A stretch of 64,000 nt of DNA from Tubulanus polymorphus (lineage: Eukaryota > Animalia > Nemertea). A program made the translations under genes and the position numbers. Under the pieces are notes generated by a model that had not been told where the DNA came from, searched no databases, and saw only the letters and a list, made by a program, of their open reading frames with translations. Shown piece after piece: positions 34,801-47,500 of this stretch (position 1 is its first letter; every line of letters starts with the position of its first letter). Location: contig NC_134027.1 in assembly GCF_964204645.1 (NCBI RefSeq), positions 10,138,485 through 10,202,484 on the forward strand, in the 5' to 3' direction.

Positions 34801-37053
34801 TACGATTGACTAAATAGGGTCGTGAATGTAGAGATATTCAAGAGAATCGTGAATTGTACCGGTATTTCATTCTAGTAGTACCTTAAGGTCAATTTGTTGC
34901 TAGTTAAAACAAGCTGATACCACTAAGTCTCCGATCACTCATTCCAGGTAAACAATACATAAATACTGTACATTTCTTAACCGATGTATTAGATTGTATG
35001 GTGTAACGAAGTGTTGGCGCTGTTTATCAATAATCAAATATAATTTGTTATTATTCTCAGATGATTTGACATTTCTTGTCTTTTGGCGACTTAATTATCC
35101 TGATACAAGCCTCACTTCTCCAGATGCTTTTGCTAACCCATGAAGATTATTATGTCCTTCAGTTTCGTCTAGCTGTCAGAAGTCGATAGGCAGGGTGCTT
35201 CAAATGTCAATAGAGAGCATATGCTTTATTATTTGAATCCTTACGAAATTCGATTACAATGACACTTTCATATGTACAATGCAGAGACAGAGATCATTAA
35301 ACTAGTAAATTTGACTCATCCTCTCGGAAATTGCAATCTTCAGCATGTATTTCTTCAAAAATATCTAAATCCGATGGCAGAACCCCGAGAGGCCTTTGGC
35401 CTAGCTGCTTTATCCAAGAATTGCCTTTTCTTTTCTTCTGGAGCCCAGCCTTTCAAATTTTCTAGATAAACCACTGTGTCAAACCAAGAACAAAATGGAA
35501 TCATTCAACAAAAGTGTTTTCGATACACCTGTTAGATATTTATTGTTGAAAAAACGAAAAACAATGAACCAAATATACAATATGACAAAAGAATATACAC
35601 TTGCAAGAGTTAACTATAATCAAATGACATAACAGGTACTGGTAATGAAGAATCATCAGCCACGAATATCATACATAGCGTCAAGTAGTGTGGAAAACTT
35701 TGAAATGATTTTCGTGAGGATCATCACACCATACTATGAAGAAATTGGTAACTGCACGATCGTAGGCTACTGATATAATCAGCAAAATCATTAATAACAA
35801 AATGCAAAACACTTTCAGAGAGGTCCGTCCAACAACAATGTTAAGTCCTACTTGTGATACACATTGCAGATTGAATACAGCATGGAATCAAACTTAATCT
35901 GTAGCATTTTGAGCATCTGGACAATCAACTGAGTTTTTGAAAGCATCATTAACAATACCCACATCTAGGAAAATACACGTCACAAATATAGTACAATAGA
36001 CTCTGCTCAAGTCTGACCTTTTGGCACTGTAAATAGGTGTCAGACTTTAGTTGGATATTACGTATTTCATTGTGCCCCAAAAATATTTCAACTATATTTC
36101 AACAAACATCTGAGTTGAACGGATCTGACTCGAGCGGAGTCTACTGTATAGGATTATTCCATTACATACCATGATCTATTTGTTTGCTAATTCATTTCAA
36201 GCCCAGTTCATTTTGAATCAAAGTTACGTAGATTAATTGTAACAAATAAGAACATTTCATCAGTTCACATGGAGGCAGGTATATGAGTAACTAATGACGT
36301 ACCAAACAAAGCACAAAAAGCATTTAAATAGTGAGATTATCAATATAAACATGCACGAGTAAACCTAAAATAATTGATATCTATCTAATCCATCTCTAAG
36401 TCGATGAAAATAATCTTACATTTCAAAACATAACTTGAAATACACGAACAATATTATCATACATTGCTAAAAACATTGTAAGCTGAAATCTATGTACAAC
36501 ATTATCATAATGATGATTATACAAACATCGGCAGTTTTATGATACAAGTCATACGACACTTATTGAATGTTCTTATATATATGAGTTCCAGCTTTTCGTC
36601 GCTGCAAACCTTCACCGTTGCGCATGCGATAAAACAATACAGACGAAATCGCAAATTCTATTTACAGATATTCCTAGATTAAGCAGAACATTATCATGGC
36701 TACAATTATTTGCCGAAAGAATGAGAACAAAAACGTATAGGCGGAGCATGTTGTTACACCGGTCAACTATTAGAGATAACAGAAAACGAAATAACGTTGA
36801 TCCAGTAACGTTGATCCAGTAATGCGAAGAAATTTTCCCAGCCATTATTCCAATACGAACGAGAGGTATAACACTCGATTGTTTAGGTTGCTACTATGGT
36901 GGCTTAAGGTTACAATAATCACGAGAAAACAGGAAAGTCATTCTCAACATTTCCCATCATTATCAGGATCGAAGCAATACCAATCTTGTATATACATGTA
37001 CGTAGAACTAGTGAGTTTGACTGAAATTTTGCGTATGCTGCTTTCATTTCGAT

Positions 37054-40000
37054 TTAACTACTGACAACGACTTCATAGACGGTACCCGAAGGAACTTCGT
37101 CGGAATTCGAGATGTAAACTGGCAAGCTATCCATGTTTTTCGGATCGGTGGTGACCAACTGCAATGAGCCGGACACGTTCTGCAACTGAAAAACTTTCAT
37201 ATTCTGATCGGTCATCAGTTGATACTCATTGCCATCGGCGTCGGTGACGACCGTCACGCCGGACGCGGTCGTCGTCGCCTCGATGACCGTTTCGGTCGGC
37301 GACGTCACGACCTCGTACTCCTGCGGAATCGCCTGCGGTTGCTGATCGATTTCGACGACTTCGCGTTCGCCGGCCGGCACGATCTGGTATTCGCGTCGCA
37401 CCGCCTCGATCGCTTCCGCATCCTCCATATCCTCTTCTTCGTCGTCCTCGCTGTCCTCTTCGTTGCTGGCGCTGGTTTCATACGAGTGAATCATGTTCGG
37501 CGGCTGGAGCTTCTTGATCTTCGGGCGCCGGCGCACGACGACGCTCTTGTCGGCGTTGTGCACGGCTCTGATGTGCACGTTCAAATTGCCCGCCTGCGAG
37601 AACTGCTTCTGGCAAATTTTACACACGTACGGCCGCGCGCCGGTGTGTATACGCGAGTGAACGAGCAACTGCGGACGATAAGCGAACGACTTCCCGCATT
37701 CCTTGCACGCGTAATTCTTTTCGCCGGTGTGAATCTTGTGGTGAACGTTGAGATTTCCGCGTTGGCTGAACGCTTTGCCGCAGACGTCGCATCGGAACGG
37801 CTTTATGCCCTGATGAATGCGCAGGTGCACCTCTAAGTGCGGCCGATGCGGGAACATCTTGCTGCAGTATTGGCACTGAAACCGCTTTTCCGCCTGCATC
37901 TCTTTCGGGAAATGCATCTTCATGTGAACGTTCAGGTTGCCCTTCTGCGAGAAGCCCTTTTCGCAGATGTCGCATATGAACGGCTTCGTGCCAGTGTGCA
38001 CGCGTTCGTGAACGGTCAACTGCGCCTGGTAGTCGAAACACCGGCTGCAGTGATTGCACACGAATCCGCCGTTCTTTTTGCCGCCCGACTCCGGGTGGTT
38101 CTTCTTCATGTGCTGACTCAGCTTGCAGTTGTTCGGCAAGATCTTGTAGCAAAATCGACACGACTTCCCGACCGGCGACAAGTGCGCCTCGTAGTTCTCG
38201 TCGGTCGAGAACAGGTGCCGACAGCCCTTGCATTTCATCGTCGACGGGAACCGTTTCGGCGGCTCGTTGTGCGTCGTGCGCAGGTGCTTGTTCAGGTTGC
38301 CCGGCTGCGCGAATTTCTGGTCGCAGTAGTCGCATTTGAACGGTTTTTCGCCGGTGTGCGTGTAGTGGTGCAGTTTCAACAGCGATTTGTAGCGGAACAA
38401 CTTGCCGCACGTCGGGCACGCCAGGTTGCCGCCGCGGTTTTCGGCGACCTTGCAATCGTTACGCATGCTGTGACGTTCGAGGCGCTTCAAATCCGCGAAA
38501 TTACTTTGGCAGTTGTCACACTGGTACGAGACCAAGACATCCGGCTGGTCGATCATGCTCACTAGTGTGTCGTAATCTAACGTTGTATCATCAACAGCTG
38601 AAGTTTCTGCGCTCATTCCTAAAATTATCAAATAAATTCCCAATCAAAAATTTAAAACAAGTTGGAATAAATATACAGTCAACCCCCGATATACTGCCCA
38701 CATCAGTGTACAATGATTTTGGCGATATAGAGAGTCTGGCGGTATATCAGGGGTGTTTTACTATGCATTTTGTATAGAGATGTACATTGAGAAAACCTGG
38801 CGGTAGGCAGGGGTGGCATTATATGGGAGGTTGACTGTATTTCTTTTTTTACACTACTCAAGGATCATTTTAAGTAAACCTCACTTATCCAGCAGATCAT
38901 TGGTCAATTGGAAATGCGGATCAAAACATCTCATTTCATAAACGTACTTTTTTCAATATGACGATAGCACCATATTTGTAAATAATCGAGCATTTTTAAC
39001 AGGGCCCCTACAGATCAGTCATTCTTGGTGATAAGTTTTTCCAAGAAACCTCTGTATCACTTTCATCCCAATTACTGAAAACTTATCCTAAATCGGTACT
39101 GTTTTTCTCGGTAAACCATTATTAATAAGGTGGTTTTGTAAGCACATTTTTATACTTTACACTACCTAAACTTGGTTTCTAATTCGGTAACTGTCAAATT
39201 TGGTTAATAAATCCAGGTCCCAACTGTTACAATTTAGGGGTACTAGTCTACCGTACTGTACAACTACAAACTTCCAGACAAAAAAATTTGTAATTGCCTT
39301 TTTTTTCAAAATTAAGGGAGTTTCAAGCACGCTTTGAAGAGTTTTTAAGGAATCAAGTAGTCGTAATAACCCGGTTTAAGAATCAATTAGTATCTTTTTT
39401 CATACCTTCGTCGTGAACGCTCGTTCCATGTTCGTTCATCAAATGATTTTCGAGATTTTCTTTCAAAGCGAAATCGATTTGACAGATTCCACAAATGAAC
39501 GACCCCTGGTTGCCAAGGTTTCTTCTCCCTAGGTATCGGAAACAAAAGAAACCTTAAGTAATTCCTTCGAGATCGAATTTTGAACTCGTAAAATAACGTA
39601 CTGAATCATTTACGGCAACATTCGTACCCTGATACGAAGGCGAATACTGATAGGTCATTACATTGCCTTCTAAATCCTTCTCGGTGACCATCATCTGTTC
39701 TCCGGCGAAATAAATCCTTACAGTGTGTTCTACAATGGAAAACAAAATTAATCACATTTCCGGTTAAGACGTGATCATAACAAACAACACACACACAGAC
39801 ATGCGATAATTTCTTGGAGAGCGCTTTATCCAAGCTTAAAATGAAATTACTGAAGTTGGTACTCGTTAAATGTTCACCGCGGGCCTGTAGCCAGCCAATT
39901 CTTTTGGGATTCGATTTTCATGAAACTTTTTGTACACTGGGAGTACTTACGCAGAAAACTTTTGAAAATTAGATGCAATTGGCGTTAATTAATTGGTGCG

Positions 40001-41349
40001 AGTATCGAAGCATGTGCATATTTTGAATGATAACGAATGAAAAAGTTTCACCGATGAGCGATTCAACTCCCCCTTAAATATGGGCCCGCACTGTACTCAA
40101 AACTCAGTACACCTAATGATGACTAATAGTCTTTAACCTGAACCTAGTTAGCCGCTCGACTCTGCATATTATACACACCTCCTTTTGATCTGTCTTTCAT
40201 CTTCATAAACTTCTCGACGATTTTCATGTGGGGCTGGTTCTTCTGCGCTTTCTTGCGCCCTCGACGCGCAGGACTCTTCTTCGGCTGCGGCTGCGGCTCC
40301 TCTTCTTCCGCGGACGACGACGCCTCGACGTCTTCATCAACATTTTCCTCCTCTTCAGCGCTACGATCGTCGTCCTCAATTTCACCGTCTTCTTCATTAT
40401 TTTCCTCATTTTCTTCCGCGTCCTGTTCGTCTTCCTCTTCTTCTTCCTCTTTCTCATCCTCCTCCTCCTCCTCCTCTGATGACACGGCCGCCGCTGCGGA
40501 CATCCGCCGCCGCTTTTTCGTCGGACTTTTGCGAGCTTTCGGCGACGTCGGCGCCCTTTCGATCTTGATGAACATTTCCGTATCGCTGTAGCGCGGATTC
40601 GGTTTTCGTATACGTTTGCTCGACGGTTGCTCGCTAGACGGCACTTCGATCACGACTTCTTGCTCAAAGCCATCCGGGTCGGATTTCACCTTTTGCACGA
40701 TGTATTCCTGCTTAACGATCACCGGTTTATCCTTTATCTGTATGACGTTGATATGCTTCGGGTTGTTGCTCTTTTTTCGCCGAGTCGTACGCTCTTGCGA
40801 AACGGGTGCGACGACTTCGGTCGCCGCGACCGGAAGTTGCTCTTTGCTGACGTCGTCGACGACTCCGTCGATGAGCATACGGATGTCCTCGTTGGGCATG
40901 CCTTTCGGTGAAGTATCGTCGTTGGGTTCAATTTTTTCAATGCCGCCTCCCCCCACCGTTGAGTAATCGTGATCGGGAAGCACATCTCCGCTTGACAACT
41001 GTAAAAAAAAAAAAAAACAGAAAATGATTTTTTCTCAATGGATAACAGACTCCTTAATCGGTACTTGTTAACTCGGAAAACTACTTGAAATGGTGAATTT
41101 CACAAAGATTCTTTTTGGTGAGTCTTTCCATTGTGAACTAGATGAAATTTTCAGTTTATAAACCCCACAGCCAGTCAGTCAGGGCAATCACGACTTCAAG
41201 TTAAAAAATTGTTTGAAATTTACGTCCGTCTAATCTTCATTGATAGGATGGGTTGGATTTAAGAATATGATTAACTTTTTAACTAAAACATAAGATTTGA
41301 GCAAGGCCATTTCAAACTAAGCGCATACCTTTTTATCTTCTGATGCCAT
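37054..41349 (-). CDS. C2H2 zinc-finger protein with acidic/basic N-terminal region, about 876 aa
   Basis: Exons 41349-41329, 40998-40179, 39729-39628, 39528-39406, 38618-37054 (2631 nt, in frame). About 10 canonical C2H2 fingers plus 2 atypical ones, with TGEKPF-type linkers. Probable 5' UTR exons near 41482-41725 and above 42648. Confidence 0.88.
38676..38837. mobile_element. Tc1/mariner-type MITE
   Basis: TA|CAGTCAACCCCC...GGAGGTTGACTG|TA. Confidence 0.7.
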
Positions 41350-43096
41350 CTCTATTATAACCAATGACTAGTCTAAGTACAAATCTGAAAATGAATCGAC
41401 AATACATAAGAAGATTTAACTCATATAAGTGATTTTCTAATTAAATTCTTCAGTCTTTTGGGGCTCGTCAGAATTTTTTACCTTCTCTTGAAATAATACG
41501 TCCTCGAAAATCTATTTGCTACGATCAATTTCTTGCCTTTCGAGGTATTGTCAGCATGTAGTGTTGAATTTTACCGCTCGGACCGACACCGGAAACCCAC
41601 CACTGGCTGTTTTTTGCGCGAGTCTTAATCGCTTCACCCTCTTCGAAAAATGAATACAACAGCAATAAAATCACATTCACCATAATAACCCGAAAAATCT
41701 AATCGGCAATAGCGTAATAATCCTGCTGAAAAAAAAATAGAAAGAAGTATCAGGCTATCATATCTTGACAAAATTCATATCTTTTCATAGTCAATGTAAG
41801 TTTCAACACATGAGACACAATCCTTTAGTCAAATAGCCAGATTTTGAATGAAATGTTTGAGATTGATTTAGGAATGGCGTGTTTAATAGGATAATCATGA
41901 TTGTAATTATTAGTATTGGGGGTGGTCGGCGATAAACAAAGTTCTAGCATCTTTTGTTGGTTCAGTGAGTGACATAAAGGGTGCTGCACTGCCTACCATC
42001 ATCTTCTCTGAGCATCTTCAGCCATTTCCAATGACAGGGGCAATGAATCTTGAAGAGAACACATTTGTAAGAGGCTCGGCGCTATAATCGGAGGGTTGTT
42101 GGCCCAGGAAATCTTTAAAATCTCGAATCATATTTCGTGCTTTATGATTGTACGGTTGAAAGGCTTGTGAATTGAGTTTAAAATGCTTGTGAAGTTTAAA
42201 ATTTGTAATCTTTCAAAGGAGTCTGTGCCGAAATTTGGATAGGTACGCCTGCACGATGTCAATGCGTTACATCAGCATGCATAAAATTCGAGCCGCAGCG
42301 GCAATCCCAAAGACATAAAATCGAGATCGAAATGAGAGTAATGCATAACTAGGAATAGCATAGGGATATGAACAAGCTATCTTAGATATAGAACTAATAG
42401 CCTTTAATAAAATTTGATTTATTAATTGTGTAGTGATTTGATATTTAAATTGAATTGGATTATATACACTCAGACTCAGTGCTGGTTGTTGCCTGGGCCA
42501 AAAGAATTTCAGAATTTCGACCAGAATCAAAGATTCTACGGCCGAAAACCGACCAGCAACAGCAAATATAGAATCAGTAGAATATCGAGCCGGACGTCGA
42601 ACAAAAATTCGAGCGAGATTCCAGCGTGAAACGCGTGATATATTTACCAGATTTTCAACATATTTTAGCGGATTTTCCTTGAATTTAATTTTAGGGCAAT
42701 TGTTCGCGCCGGCTGTAACGAATATTCTTCACAGTCTGTTTTTCGAAAGTTTGTTCTATCTTGATTTCTGTGTTTAACACTTTGCGGTAAGTGGATCAGA
42801 TCCTTCTGAGTCTTATGCCGTGGAAGGAATTTGGTGGTCTTTCTTCGTCGTAGCGCGGCGTAGGTTAATTTTGTAGGGACCGACTCATAATAACAATAAT
42901 AGCTGCTTATGAAATGTTGCGTTGGATGAGCGAAATAGTTGAAAAATAAATTAAGATTACTGGTTGTTTTAAGTTAAGAGTTAAAGTATGAATAAAATTT
43001 CTAGCTAATATATCTAGGGTATTTGTTATTTCATGCTGTAAACACTTTGAGATGGGCCCTCAATGCCTTTAAACGGGTGTTTGGTTTTCTCACTAG

Positions 43097-43493
43097 ATGG
43101 CAGCACCAACTGGTCATAATTGGGACACTGCGAAAAAATCTCTAAACGACGATGACGAGGATACGGATCCGGTCGAGGAGATGATAAAGAAAACGGGATG
43201 CCTCGAAAAACATTACGACGTTATGGTAATTGCCCTTATCACACTTCTAACTTTCCAGCGTTTTAGTCCGACGTCACTAGGTGGCGCCATATTACGGTTC
43301 GAAGCAACAATAAATGATCCTTTCGGGCCGGTTCCTTTCCTCCACTGCTCGTATGATAAGACGTATCTTTTCTTTTTTCTCGCTATAGGAATGTATGGCT
43401 GATCACAGAGACTGGAGAATATGCCAAACACAAGTTACTGCTTTCAAAAAATGTATGGCTGATTACCATATGAAGTCAATAAAAAAGTCTTGA
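43097..43493 (+). CDS. COA4: Cytochrome c oxidase assembly factor 4 homolog (CHCHD8), 77 aa
   Basis: Exons 43097-43225 and 43389-43493. GHNW..DEDTDPVEEMIKKTGC-x9-CMADHRDWRIC-x9-CM twin CX9C motif. Confidence 0.92.
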
Positions 43494-44504
43494 TAAAGTT
43501 TCCTGAATTAAACTTTTTACATTTAGTTTTTCTTCCTGAATTCTTTTTAACAGACAAGTTGATCGCCTCTTTCCTGCTATAGCGACTGTTGATAACTGTT
43601 CAACTGGAATCCTCGTGATAACTGACATGACAAGACAGAACTTCCAACCATTGGTAATTTCATCAAGAATACTTAATTATCCTTTATTGGAACTTATTTA
43701 CAACACACATACATTTAATATTTACAAAATAAAGTTTCTTTCTAGAAATCAAAGTTCATTATGCTTAACACCGACGTACCAATCTAAAGTATATAAAGTA
43801 CATGAAATCGATTTAAATTTATTGCATTCGTTCGGATATAGATGTTCAGCATGATGAACTTTGCTCTTACCTGGTGGATGAAACGACGACTCAACAAGGT
43901 TAAAACCTACCGTGAAATGACAGTCAACTCCTTTCTGAGTTCCAGTCTATTGGGACATAAGTGAATTTTTACCAAAATCTAGAGTAATTAGCTTGATTTT
44001 TCAACTCAGACTCAAATAAATTATTATGACCTAGTAGCATCTATTGCTTGAACAAGCTACAGTTGCTCAAAAGTTGGTTAGAGGTAACCAGTGGATAGTC
44101 GACACTGTGACTGTCATTGTTACTATGGTATTTATCCACCAGTTATCTTTAACCAACTTTTCAGCAACTGGCCCCAGGATGCTGAATTTCAATTGCTATC
44201 AAATCTTACCTTTCTAAATAAACGCCTGCACCAAAGGATCCTCGTTTCAGAAAATATGAGAACGATTCTTATTTAAAGATTTACCTTATTTACTGATTGT
44301 AAGTTAAAATATCAAACCAGAAAGTTGACGCAGGTCAGTGAAGCTTAAAACTTAGTATTTCGCAACGTAGAAAACGTTCAGCAGTCAAATATACGTTGTA
44401 GATCCGTTCCGGTTTTAAAACTTAATGTTGACTGAGTTTATAGATGGATCGTATGGTAGGCGGGCTTTTGTATAAAGTATCAGTGTCGACAATCGATAGT
44501 CGTA

Positions 44505-47500
44505 CTAGGGAGTGTCGAGAAAAATGGGTCGAATCCTTAATGGAACTGCAGAAGTAGATCTTGAGGCTAAAAATATACAAGCAAGTTTATTCAGCTACCG
44601 GTGAAAAATGTACAGGGTACAGCCGACTCCTACCGAATCGGATATGACCAGTTGGATAACCGCTCGACTCTTAGGAAATACAGGGGCGGATCTAGGGGGG
44701 ACGTCGGGGTGTCCGGACCCCCTCAACTTTGAAGTGCCCTCAAAAATGTCACCCCACAAAATTTTTTTGACCAAGGTTTTCCAGCTATAATATTTTTTCA
44801 ACGCATGAAATGACCGAAAGCACCCCCTAAAATGTTGTGGAAGTATCCAGAGTACGTGGTGGTTCGTAAAAAGTGCCCCTTTCTCTCATTGGACACCCCC
44901 CATGGAAAATCCTAGATCCGCCCCTGAAATACATAACATCCAACTTACCGGTTTCTAATTTGGACGTTTGTTGAAGCTGGGATGACGAGTCATTCAGTGA
45001 TATATACGACGGTTGCTTCGTTAACAAATGCCGCTTTTTTCCTGCAGATGTTTCTTCCTCCGTAGTACTAGCGTCGCCAGTATGTCCTCTGTGCACCGAG
45101 CTATTGAAATACAAAATTGTTGTTCTATGAACAATAACTGGAGTTTTCAAGAATAGTTTCTAGCAGTAAGGCATAAGCAAAAGGTAGCACTTTGCAGCAC
45201 TATTGGTCGAGATAAAGTAGCAGGCGCTGATTCAGGGGTCTGCTCAGCTATCAAAAATTTTTAAAATCATTTTCTTGAAAGGAATGTACTCAAGACAAAG
45301 CGGGCGGACAGTACCACATATTCGGTACCAAATCAGCTTATGTTTGGTCAAACAATATGCCATGTAGGCCCCCTATCATTAGAGATTTTAGTCGGCAGTT
45401 AAGTAGCGCGTAGCAGACTTGCTACATTGTCAGCGAGTCAATGTGTGTGTCTTAGTGACCTGTACTTACGCAATAGTTTTGCTCGAATCTGCAACTGTTT
45501 TACCACTACTGACAGGTACGCGTGTTCGTTTTTGAAGATGGACCATTCGACACTTAGCTCCTGAAGAACATTTGCCCTTTTTCCAGAAAGTCGGACAAAT
45601 CAGCGTGTGTTGCTTTTTGCACTAAATGAAAAGAAACATCGATTAAAATCTTCGTTCAGACTGAATCGGTGTAATTCCGAAATATTCACCTCATCGCCGA
45701 GTGCGCAAAATCCGTCGATGAAATCATCGCACACTTTAGCACCTTTGTTGACCTTCACATGAAGATAAGGACAGTTGTCATGGTTACAGACACCGCGTAG
45801 GAAATACGAACACACGGGCATCTTGCCTTTTGAGACGGTGTGAGAGAACGGACAGTCGGTCACCTTACACGTTCCACGTAAGAATCTACAAAGCAAATCT
45901 ACACGTTTTACAATCTGTACCAATTAGGGAGCAGTGACTGACCTGGAATCATTTACAGTCAAAAAGTCCTTTACAATGCCACTGTTGGGATCGATGGAAA
46001 TATGGCGTTATAACCAATATTGGCGTTATGAAGATTGGTATTTTCATTGAATTTGAGTAAGATTTGGCGAAAAAATGTTCTACGAAAAATTTTGGCCTTA
46101 ATTGAAAAGTGAGCAATGGCATGAAAAAGGATGGCATTGTAACAAATTTGACCGTAAAGCAATATAACAGTACCTCGTGCAGATGGCTACTTTGGTCGGG
46201 TCATGTTTAAACGGACATTTGTCGCCGCGGTTACACTTTCCGAAACGATTATAGAACAAACAGTACTTGATTTTTACTTTCTTGTATCGCGCGGCGGTCG
46301 TTTGCGCAATACTCCGCTGAATCGCATGACTGTAAATAAACAATTAAACATCAAATGGTAAATGCTTAAGTTCATCTGCCCATCTGTGGCCTATATTTTA
46401 CTATACTACTGAAAACTGACTGAGCTAGGCCACCAGGTGATTTCCAAGTAAAGTTGAAAGAGACATTAGTGCACAAGCTAGCATTTGGCTAATGTCATTA
46501 TTTTTCAACATCTAGGACAGGTTAATATTCGGTTCAGTTCTGAAATAAAGTTCTTTTCGACACAGAACTTCGAAAACATTCCATCAGGTAGAGCCGTAGA
46601 GTCTACAGTCATGAACACACCAGTTCATTCGCTGTTATCAGTTTACCTAGCACGAAGCCTATTTTGTGTCGTACTGGCCTTCACTAATGTACCAGGCTTC
46701 GTTTGAATGTACGTCACGCCACCAATATCAACCCGCGATATCTTTTTACGCCGTTTCGCCAAATCCTGTAGTTTACCAGATTTCGGTCCTTTAAGCAAAT
46801 AAAATCAAAAACTGGTATGCTACCGCAGTTTCGCACTCAGGACCCAGTTCCACAGTTGTGAGTTAAGGTTTGACTTAGTCTAGTACTTAGCCGTCGTTCC
46901 ACGAACAACATTTTGTAGGGAACCTATAACACAACTGGTATTCAGACCAAGTTTTGACTCAGAGTTAACTCATCGAAAATGAACTTATTTTAACTCAGAG
47001 TCAACTCTAACAGTGGAACTGGATCCAGAATGTATATTTTTTTATACATGATCCATTTTTCATCAATTATAATTAAAAGCCAAAACAACAAACTGTTGTA
47101 AGGTCTAAAGAAAAATATCCAGACATGACTTCCAGATGTGATCTATCTTACCACCGCTGCTACTACCATCAACCGCGAGACCTTTAGTCGGACTTTTATG
47201 GCTGTTTTCACCAGTAGTTATCCTCTGTAATGTTTTACCAGCTGGATCCATACGAAACTTCACACCTCGCACTGTGACTGTCTTCATCTTAGCCGTTGTC
47301 ATCTCTGTTATCATATCAATGAAAAGTAAAGCATTTAGAACTGGAATTTTGAAATTTTTTAATTGAAATAGCTACAGTAGTTTTCGTCAGCTGCTAAAAT
47401 TAAAAAGATTGAAAATTTTTTAATTCTAATCATGGGAATTCTTCAATATATCAGGCCATCATTCAAGAAACCGTTTACATCATTCAATCTGTAGAGGCCT

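Noticed and set aside
37219-38565. Long plus-strand and alternate-frame ORFs (205, 242, 278 aa) over the zinc-finger exon
   Set aside because: Shadows of a GC3-rich coding exon; no recognisable domain.
40224-40985. Ser-, Phe- or Arg-rich ORFs overlapping the acidic exon
   Set aside because: Antisense and alternate-frame translations of GAA/GAG runs.
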